From Gordius albopunctatus (taxonomy: Eukaryota), in NCBI GenBank assembly GCA_964276515.1, contig OZ193909.1, forward strand, positions 15,190,001 through 15,254,000: DNA of 64,000 nucleotides, given 5' to 3'. The translations under genes and the position numbers were made by a program. Positions 53,701 to 64,000 of the stretch are shown here, one piece after another (position 1 is the first letter of the stretch; the number at the start of each line of letters is the position of its first letter). The notes below the pieces were generated by a model, which worked only from the letters and a program-made list of their open reading frames with translations, searched no databases and was not told the DNA's origin.

Positions 53701-54385
53701 TTTTTAGGCTTTGTCAAATATGACACACCTTACCTCTCTGATCGGTAAGCTATAAAATTAGGCTCAAGTTCCTTGCTTGAATTTTTGTCCTGGAGATGTC
53801 ATTTTATGTTTTCGCCAAAATTTTAGTCAATTTTGGTATCTAATTTTAGTCAATTAAAGATAGCGATCGTTAATTATATCATGCATGGATCCTCTAGGAT
53901 TTTATAAAGGAGTTGTAGAGCTTATTCACTTATTAATAGTTAAAACTCCTAGTCATACTGAGAGTTATAAACGGCTTACAAGTTTCATCGGATTCGAGGT
54001 CGGGGTAGGTTTCGCATCTCTTGGACGTTACAATAATGTTTAATTTGACGATTTGCGGCAAGAAATTGTCGAGTCGAATCGATTCGTCCGAGAATATTAT
54101 ATTGGCGTACCTTCGTTATCGTTAGGATAAATATTGACTATCAAAAAATCTGGCAAAAATTTGATGTGCTTCTCCTCGATGACATATAATATATTTTACA
54201 AACTTTTAAATTAAAATCTTCTTATTTATTATGACATTTACTATACCTCGCGAACGCTTTTTCTAAGATATCGCATTGAAGATTGGCAGTTATTTCGAGG
54301 GTTTGCGGGTTTATGGTTAGCAACTTGGATTCTCGATAAACTTTTATGGGCTGTGGCCACAGGGCATAAGTTGAATCCAAATTGC
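44727..54385 (-). CDS. Beta-hexosaminidase (GH20, HEXA/HEXB-like), about 13 exons; first exon not located
   Basis: Exons in order: [120 protein letters not shown]. Confidence 0.92.
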
Positions 54386-57034
54386 TCTAGCAATAAATAT
54401 TAACGGCTTAAAATTTGTGTGAGGCAAATTTTTGGGCTTAAATCCAAATATAAACTTATTTGATATACATTTTGCATAGTTATAACTTTAAGATAACTAT
54501 TTTAGAAAATGTTTCAAACAATGAGAATTTGTTTATAAAACGGTGTTTTAACCGATTAAACAGCTGTAAAAGTTTTGTAGGCCAAAAATTGGGATTAAAA
54601 AGTTATTAGATATAACAGTTACTCTATTATATTTGTTATTTCAAAAAATTCAATTTAAAGTCCCAGTGGTTATTTGTGCGGACCAATTGGTTATAGAACA
54701 TATTTACTAAATTTACAAACTCATTTTTTGCACCATCTAACCCTCCCTCCCCCCCAACGAGCACGGCTCAAAATAGAGGAAAAAGGTATTAGCTCTACCC
54801 ACCCAGTGGCCGCCCCTGTCGACGTAATTTAAAATATCTAGGATGTTCGGTTAAAAGCCGTTAATACATGCGTCAGCATTTTGGCTGAGAAAAGTCGATA
54901 CCCGAAATAGAGCGGTTTTTAAGAGAGATAAGATATCACGTAACCCCCCCCCCTCCCTATTGCCCTGCTGCTGAATAAACAACAAACGTTAACTCCTAGC
55001 GATGATGAGACACCCTTCTTCTGGAGCGGGGCCGATCGCGGCAATTTGTTTTGCCAAGCAGCAAATAAACTTTACATACCTCTCCTATACCTATGATACT
55101 TACTAGTGAAATCCATGCAACGTTTGTAAGATATTTGTTGTGACCCTGTATTACTTAAATATAAAGAGCGTAAAGCACGGTCACATTGAATTTAGAAGGA
55201 TTTCAGAACGTGCGCTTTAATGTTTTGTGTCAAGCAAGACGGTGCGTTAGAAAAATAGTATTTTGCTACCAAATATGCCTTTGCCTTTACCCCTCCTCCA
55301 CCATATTGGAGGTGAGAAAGGCTGAGCGAAGTTAAGGTTGGATTTAAAGACTGGCGCCCTTTATTTTACTGACTTTTCTAATTTAGTTTATAGATAAATG
55401 CGACAAAAAACAATGAAAGGTGCAGGATTGGGATTAATTTTGCTGTTGCGGCGGCATTGCATCAATGCCTTCCAAATGGTGCAAATGGAGCTATTTTGAA
55501 AACTGCATTTTAACACGATAGATAAATTTTTTACGAATGTGATGATTTCTCATTTGTAGTTCTAAAATACGAAGCAAAATATAATTATTGCATTAATAAC
55601 TTACTATCCTGGGATCCCTGGGATTTACTCCTAGAATGTGTCCAGCGCTTTCGGGGATAAAGCTACAGGCGAGTGCTGTCGAAATAACCAGGATAGATTT
55701 AAAGTGGCCGTGCCCTTGGTCCGGTTTAAATTTCATGTAGCGTCGTTTAGCGAATTTTTCGTTTTTTTGCTTTAATCAGCCAAAATTGGACGCCAGCTCA
55801 ATGCCCTAGGGTTCAAATGCGATATAAATTAAACTTGATAATATCACTCTAAACTTCTTTGAATGTAAGAAAAAATACCAACTTTCAGTTTTTAAGGCAT
55901 TGATCAATGGTTTTTATAAAGCGGGATCATAGGATAAATATGGATATTTGTAGTAATTAATAGCGGTGAGGGAAGGAATAAAGACAAAACGGGCGTGTGG
56001 CAATTAAATTGAATTTCATTCTGCATAGATTATAGGAACTAGAGTGAAATCCGCTTTGGAATTGTCAGTCTGTCACTGAGACACGATGCCATCATACCCC
56101 TTTGCCAATTGAAGCAGCAGACTTAAAAAGTTCCGCTCTCTCTGGCTCCTCCCACCCCTCCCACTTCCTCTTTACAATATCTATTTCCCGTGCTCAATGT
56201 ATCTAGCTAGATCAATTAAGAACCTCTCGCGTTTCACAATCACAATAGTGTCCTTAATTAGGTGAAAGGGTCTGTGTTACGACGTTTCCCTTATCTTCTC
56301 ATCATATAATAGTAGTCAAAAGCCTAGGGCTTTTGAAGAGAGGATGAGGAGGCTAGGGTTTTCAAGAGGTTTTGCAAAGAATGGATTTAGTCGGTTACAA
56401 CAAGCGTGCTTCTTGAAATTTCCTAAATGTCTAATAATATGATTTAATGACGACAGTTCGTTCTATTGTCAAAGCTTGGGTATAATAAAGAAGTGACGTT
56501 TTTGAGCACAAAATGTTTAAATTTAGACAGTTAATTGCAGAAAGGGTTTCGAAGTTGCGACTTTAAATTATAACTTTGCTTAATTGGACCCATACATTAT
56601 GATTTATGTTTGAAATAACGATAAAAACATCATCTAGCTCAAGCATTTTTAAGGGGAGCGATGTCGGGGTGGGTAAAAATTAACTTATAAATGTAAAGTT
56701 ATTTAAATTTTGAAAGAGGAGCAAGGAAATGAGCATGTCGCCAATGTAAAGATAAAGTCATCATGTCATATCAAAATACAAACTTTCATGTGCTGCATAA
56801 TTAATGATTCCTCCAACAAATGTATAATAAATAGGATTGATGGAGAGGGCGGAGGGTAGGATATACGCAAAAAATGTATGTCGCCGCTAATCTTTTATTT
56901 CAAAACTTAACAACCGGGATGTTTTTTTAGCATATATTATGAAAGTATGAGCTTGTTTTTCCTTAAAAATACATTTACAATAATAAATTTGTTGTGTTTT
57001 ATCGCCGCTGGAAAGGATATAATCATAAAAAGGT

Positions 57035-57783
57035 TAGTGGTCAAGCGGGGGTTGGGCAGGGGTTTGAACCCGCCCAAAATAAAATCTGGTTCGTTCGTGT
57101 TCGGGTTTAAGGAAATGGGTTCGGGTACAGGTTCGGGTTCAAGAAATTATATCATACTAATAATACATTTTTACCTTCAAAAAATTATTGAATAGTTAAC
57201 TTAATTTTTAAATAGCACCTAATTAAATTCACATGCCAATTATTTTATCTCATTGTGCATATGTATATTTATTGAATTTTTAATGTTCTAATTTATTTTT
57301 GGATTTAAAAGCAATAAAAATATAATTAATAAAAGCCATACCATATTAGGAATCACACAAAAATATTTTTATTCAACGTATACTTCACATCATGAAATAT
57401 AAATACAGTTGACACATAAATTATGTATATGTTGTGAAGGGTGTTTACACTACACATTTATTAGTATATAATTTCGATATATTATTTAATCTTACAATTA
57501 AAACATCTTCTAATATTTGATCAGTCATTTGTGATCGAACATAAAAATATGTAAATTCAAATCGTATGGTTTTCGATAAATTGTCATGATAGAGAAAACT
57601 GAGATATTCAATTCACAATATATTTTTGAATTAAAACCCGAACCCTTTTTTGTATTCATCGGGTTCGGGTTTTAAGGGGATTTTTAAAATGGGTTCATGT
57701 TTGGGTTCGAGTTCTATAAAACATCGGGTTTTACCCGGTTCGGGTTCAGGGGTTCGGGACAAACACCTCGGGTTGGGCCTCTA
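57035..57783. repeat. Probable MITE with GGTTCG subterminal repeats
   Basis: TAGTGGTC...GGCCTCTA ends with clustered (G)GGTTCG motifs. No clear TSD. Confidence 0.4.
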
Positions 57784-58201
57784 AGCACCTTGGAAGAATT
57801 TTAACTTTTTTAAGATAATAAAACACTCATAATTGAAGGGGATAAAATGTAGTGTTTTTAATTGATAAGTGTACAATAAATGTCTATTTGACCTTTATAT
57901 TTAGATCAGGGGTAGGGAAGTTGGGTGATTTGGGACAAGCCGGAATTTTTTCACATCTAAGATTGCAAATTATGACCCCCAAAATTATAAAGTTCTCTGA
58001 AGACTGAAAATAAATGTTTAATATTTATAACATTTATCATTCATACAGAGAAGAATAAATTCGAATCCGTTAGTACATCTACAATCTAAAATTTGTCGGT
58101 ATAATCGTGTTTAATCTACCATTATTTGGTCTATAATAATGCTTGAGATTTAAGAGAGTTGTTTGATAATAGATTGGGATCAGTTACTGTGCTATTAGGA
58201 G

Positions 58202-58484
58202 CAGGCGCTTAGCCAGGATTTTCTCAAGGGGGAAGAAAAATTCAAAAAAATTTTCGACACTCTTATTTATAATGTAACAAAAGTAAAGTTCGCGTACAAT
58301 GCATATGCGAAACTTCGAGGCGCTGCTATTTAACCAGCTTTGGAAAAATCTCCTCTCTTCATTAATCAGAGCATTTATAATGGATTTTATACCTTAAAAA
58401 AGGACATGGGCCTTCAAAAAAATTTCAAATTTTGGTCAAGGGGGCAGAAAATTCCCGCTTTCTGCCCCCTTGGCTACGCGCCTG
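58202..58484. mobile_element. hAT-type MITE
   Basis: CAGGCGCTTAGCCAGG ... TTGGCTACGCGCCTG. TSD ATTAGGAG. Confidence 0.8.
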
Positions 58485-61400
58485 ATTAGGAGTGATGTAA
58501 TAACGCTTAAAGCTGGACCATTTATAGTCTTGCGTTGCCTAAATGCGGAAAAAGGTTTGGATCTAAATCTAGCGACCTTGAGCGTTTAAAATAATATTGT
58601 CATATGATATCTTATCTGCCCGTCTGGGGAATCAGTTAGGCAAACAATTATACACATGTCGATTAGGCTCAGAGGGCATTTAAAAAGGAACAGAGAATGT
58701 ATTCCTGATTGACTGAAGAAAAAAGAGGGAAACTTGCACAAAATCTTTTTGAAATAATATTATAAAAATAATTAAATTGTGTTGGATTAGCCGGTACATT
58801 CAAACCCTCCATCCAGAATTAGCCTATAAAAAATGAGTAAATCAATGGTCTCTATTCTTTATCGAATTGTTTATGAGTTAAAAATCCGAAATTTTGACTA
58901 TAATTATAAAATAAATATATAAAACATACCTATAACGAAATGCGTAAAACAAATTTTACAAAAAAATATAAGAACGCATGGGCGTAGCCGGAGAAGGGGC
59001 GCCCACTAAATGACGAAAAAAATTTTTTTAATGTAAAAACCCTTAAAAATTAAAAAAATTTAGGTTTCGCCCCCCCCCTGATTGAACTTTTAAACATTTC
59101 GCGCCCCTACAAAACCATCAAAAAATATCACTGATTTTTAGGGATTTTTTGAACTTTACATCTTTCCGCATAATATAAGAAGTTTAATTATCCGTATTCG
59201 ACAAGTTGATAAAGTTTTAAAGTCAAAGGGAAAAAATGATTTACTTTCGAAAGATCTCCCCGTCATAATGTTAGAAATCTGGCCGTCAGTTTGAATAAAT
59301 GCTATTAAAGGAATTAAAGTGGCATCGGATGAGATTTTCCATATTACGGATTGAAATCAATCAATTAGCTGATGGTTGTGCAGTCGCTTAAAAGCATATT
59401 GCTCGCTTATCATGTGTTACATCAATTTGCCGCGATACATGAGGGGATATTTGAGTACGAGGCAAAATTTACACAACTGATATCATCACATCACATACAT
59501 TCATACACTACACCATTTACCGCATTTTTAGAATAAACATTATACAACATACCTCACCTCGGCGCTCGAGTCGAAAGACATAAAGAGTGATGTTGTTCTA
59601 TATTTTTTATGAAATTAATGGAAGACTCGATGGTTTTCATCAATTATTTATAAAAAACTCACACCTTTTATTGACAATTATTTTTTTATTCGAATAGTCT
59701 GTACGCAATAATTTTTTTTTAATTAAAAAGTTTATTTGTTAAAAATGGCACGGACAAACAGGGACGGGCCCTCCAATCCTAAGATGCCTATTAATTGTAT
59801 ATATATTATATATATATCAAAGTTAAAAGGCAAATTCAAACCCAAAATTGTGAATATGTCACAACCCATGCATGTAGTCATTTAACACATTAGCTATGTA
59901 AATTTAATTTAACCTTTTAGGTACATGTGCGTAGCAATTAGAGGGGGACAATAATGGTTTAGGGGGGTGGCAAAACAATCATTTTTTGAATCTTTAGCAA
60001 TAATAATTTCAACAAATTTTAGGATTTAGAGGGGGGGCAGCCGCCCCTTCCTGCCCCCCCCCCTAGCTACGTCTATGTTAAGATATTAATACGGAAATTT
60101 TGTATATTCTTTGTGTAGACACATAAAATTAAATTCGTAGAAATTTGGTTACTCGTGCGAGTGGATCGTATGGGTCAATTTTGCATCACGTTGGGATGAA
60201 TTTAGAAACTGTTTCGTGTGATTCATTCGATAAATTCTTCGAATGCGACAATTCATTTGCCGAGGGTGTTAATTATAGGCTCCTGCTGCGCGAACATAAT
60301 TAAACTGCTCTTTGCGACGAAGAAAGTGCCGTTAATGTAGGTCAGATATTGGAGAAATCGAAACAGCAAAAGAATTTGTAGCTAGCTATCAGCTAATATA
60401 TTTAAGGAAAAATTTGTGCCAAGCAAAGTAGGGAATTGTGGCGATTATCCTAACTCAAAATTCAGCGGGCGTGTATTTATTTTGGATTACAATTTGGAAC
60501 TTGTATTAAAGGTGATCAAAACCATAAATAACTTCCTTAATTGATGATGGCCGATCCCCAATTAGGCTAACGGGCCGAGAAATTGATTGCATCTTCCTCG
60601 TAGAGAGGCCAATAATGACAAAGTGCAATCAACGCAAGCTTGTTGCGGCCAATTACCAAATTGTATCGCTGATTAATTAATTTATCGAAATTGGATGGGG
60701 GAGATTTACGGTTTTCCGCGATTATTTATGACACCCCCCCCCCCCTACAAAGTAGCCGCCTTAAACGAGCGAGCTCGATGACATGGTTTAAGTTTGTGGC
60801 AAAAAGTGAACATTAAGAAGAAGGTGTGTGATGTGGGGAAGTGTCAAGAAAGCGAGCGCAGCACTCCCAATGAATACCAACAATGGCTGTTGCAATGGCC
60901 TCGATTACAAATTCAATCCCACACAAATCGCCTCAAACCCCGCTAAGCGCTAACTACCTTTGACTTGCAGTGGCAGGACGATGCGGCACAAATTGCTGTC
61001 GAGCTTCGAAAATGTTGGAGCACAAAGTAAACATTAACCTGCAGTAGGTCATGCACGATGAGATCAATGTGAATATATTCCAATAAAGATTATAATTAAA
61101 AGCTCGTTCTAAATAGTAGTCCCTTCATAAATAATCGTCACAAATGATTCCGCCTATTCGCTCACACTTAATATGCCTATATAAATATTTAAATAAGGCA
61201 AAATTGAATGTAGAAATGACAAAAATGATGTAATCCTCATAGGAAATAATATGTCATCTTTGACTTCCGTACAAATGAGGGCTGTCAATATTAGCTCTGA
61301 GTGAAAATAATCCCACGCACGATTGTAGGATCGTCATTGATTGCAAAGATCAAAGGGCTTGAAAGTAGCTAGTGACCTTCATTGGAACAGGCACAAAAAA

Positions 61401-62551
61401 TCCATGGATTCATCTGACTTTGGTGGGAAGAAATCTCTTTGGCACAGGTCAAGGGTTTAGCTTGGAATAACAATGAAAACTACTTTCATAGAAGTCGGTT
61501 TCGTGATAGTAATGTGCGAGTTTATGCGGGAGAACAAGTGTCACTTGTTGCACGTGATAAAAGTATTGAGCCCGACTAAATTAGGGACAATATTTTTTCA
61601 GCACATCTTATTTTAGACAAATTTAATAATTATGATAGGACAATTGTTTTGTGTTGACAGGGGCAAAAAATCGTTTGCGCTTAATAATAACTGTCCTGGG
61701 TGCAACATCCACAATTTTTTCGAAAGGGGTTTTTGGATTATTGTTGTCATACTCTTTTAGTATTTTTTATTGTCAATCTATTGCACTATATATAGACAAG
61801 CTAGGTTAATTGGTACACATTGGGATCAAATCAAAGATATTATACATGATTGTTTTTGTTAGAACTAAAAAGAAGAAAAAATTATCGTGCTCAGGATTTT
61901 ATTGAATTTTAGAAAAATTAAATGCTCAGTGAAATATTGAAATTCTCGGTAAATAATTCAATGTTCTGTATTTTAATTATTCGTCCAGTATTTCATCAAT
62001 TTGCTCAGTTTTTTAATCCAATGTTGTTCAATAACTTTTCCCTCAGTAATTGAGATTCATTTCAAGGTTAATTAATGATTGAATTGAATTTGAATCAGCA
62101 ATGTCAATCTTAGAAGTGTTAAGTTTTACCTGTGTGGTAAAAAGAGGTGGGTTTTGTTTAATCGCGACCTTAGGGGATAGACTATAAAAAAGACCAAAGG
62201 CCTTTTGGTATATTTTGGTAAAAAATGATTGTCGTTTATAGAGCCAAATAAAATCTTTTAGCGTAAATTGGTGTGTTAGAGCGTCATAAAGTTGTTGAAA
62301 ATAGAAAAATTGAGTTTATCACCCTTACTTGATTACAATTTTTATAATTCTCAGAAGCTAAATAAATCTAAAAAAAATTTGTGAGTCAAGGTGCCATAAA
62401 AAATTTTTATTTGTCAAATTTTCTTAGTGACCATTGTAAATTGTAGTTTATAGAATTAAATAAATTAAATTGCACCATTTCAGCTGTTTATTTTAAATTA
62501 ATATTTCTATAAATTTATGAGAGAATTTTTGAGATAATTACAAATTTTAAA

Positions 62552-64000
62552 TCTATATATATAAAAATCTAAGTCCCGTTTTTTTATACGCTAATAACTT
62601 TTAGAGTTCTCAACCGATTGCCACCAAATTTGGCCAGATTATTGCCTTATCATTGTAGATGGTTTATAGATACTTTTTATCAAGCTGCGACAGCGGGAAC
62701 CATGTTTTTTAAATTGGTTACCGCCATCTAGCGGACGTCAGCTACAACGCTTATCTCGATTATTATTTTATGTTAGAGTTGTGCTCATAGTTTTAAATGT
62801 TTTTCTACTAATCTTTTGTCACATATTTCACTATTTTTATTCACCTTTGGGTTAATTTTTACAATATATATATATCTGTTACAACTAAATAATTAAAAAC
62901 CGTAAAACATCAAAATTTTATAATATAAAAAAGACGCGTGCTCTGTTAAAGGTTTACGTATCTAAACTTTTGACGTGAAAATATTGTTATAATAATCAAA
63001 GCGCCCATCAAGAGTACAAAGTTTCATTTAATAAAAACAGCCCACTTCAAGATATTACAAATAATTTCTCCATATGTTGGCCTATATTTCTGAAAAGTCT
63101 AAACCCAAGAACACAACACATCATGCATTAGAAACAACTGAAATCACTGCTGTTTAAGTAACCTCAATTTTATTACACTACATTTTTGCTTTAATAATTA
63201 TTTAAGCCCACTTCAAGATATTACAAATAATTTCTCCATATGTTGCCTTATATTTCTGAAAAGTCTAAACCCAAGAAAACAACACATCATGCATTAGAAA
63301 CAACTGAAATCACTGCTGTTTAAGTAACCTTAACAATTTTATATTAGAAATATTTTTCCAAACTAAGAGCATTTCTATGGTATTTTTTACCCCACATTTA
63401 AATTTGTTATATCTTTTTAACCATATTTGATTAAAACTTTAAACTTATCTTTGTAAAATACTATTGAATGTTTTTAATACATAGGGAAACATTATACTAT
63501 TATTACACTACATTTTTACTTTAATAATTTTTTAGCATACAAAGTTTCATTTAATAAAAACAAGTTTTACTTTAAAAAAATTCGACTTATTTATGTATTT
63601 TTCATTTTCTTAGTATATCGACTTTAGATTCATGCGCCCCAAGAAAACATCTATTGGACGTAAAACACGAAATACGGATTGAGTGCGCCGATTGCGTGCT
63701 CTTGAGTTTGAAAATGAACTACAACAGTCTGCAACTCTGCCTCAGCCACCTTCACGTGCTCAGCCATTACCCGCAGGCAACCACCTAGCATTTTCTTACC
63801 CATCTAATATTGAAAGTTTACGTCGCCATGTTCTCATTGGTACTATGTCTATTGTGTGTCCTCATTGCAATGCCTTGAAATTTGCTGGAGAAACGACTGG
63901 AATGTGTTGTGCAGCCGGAAAAGCTAAACTGCCTCACCTTGCAGAACCGCCTGAGCCATTAAAAACATTGCTGGCTGGTTATACCACGGATTCTAAACAT
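62552..64000 (+). mobile_element. Second Helitron copy (5' part, runs off the window)
   Basis: A|TCTATATATATAAAAATC start, near-identical to the reverse complement of 21760-23732. RepHel ATG at 63632 with an early TGA. Confidence 0.92.

Noticed and set aside
59553..59581. Possible first exon (MSFDSSAE|GTGAG, minus strand) of the hexosaminidase
   Set aside because: Too short to distinguish from chance, and no signal peptide link can be shown.

Overview
AT-rich, intron-containing animal genomic DNA densely filled with transposable elements. Host genes: a HAPSTR1/C16orf72-like gene (31183-35764, +), a GH20 beta-hexosaminidase (about 44.7-54.4 kb, -) and an unidentified multi-exon gene (about 12-14.4 kb, -). 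Ordinary TEs: two Helitron copies, a decayed RTE LINE, Tc1/mariner-superfamily (m44-like) remnants, a BED-finger hAT derivative, a piggyBac-type MITE and many hAT-type MITEs with 8-bp TSDs. The main candidate discovery is a family of small ORF1 + RT-RNase H retroelements with three divergent members (about 1.0-6.7 kb, 29.6-30.9 kb and 37.4-41.4 kb). By eye, their polymerase motifs resemble hepadnavirus/HEART and DIRS enzymes, but no integrase, tyrosine recombinase, protease or endonuclease is visible. One member is a unit of about 2.65 kb bounded by 100-120 bp direct repeats, as expected for a terminally redundant or circular genome. The two best-preserved members each lie inside TSD-flanked non-autonomous hAT elements. 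All family assignments come from motif recognition by eye, without database searches.
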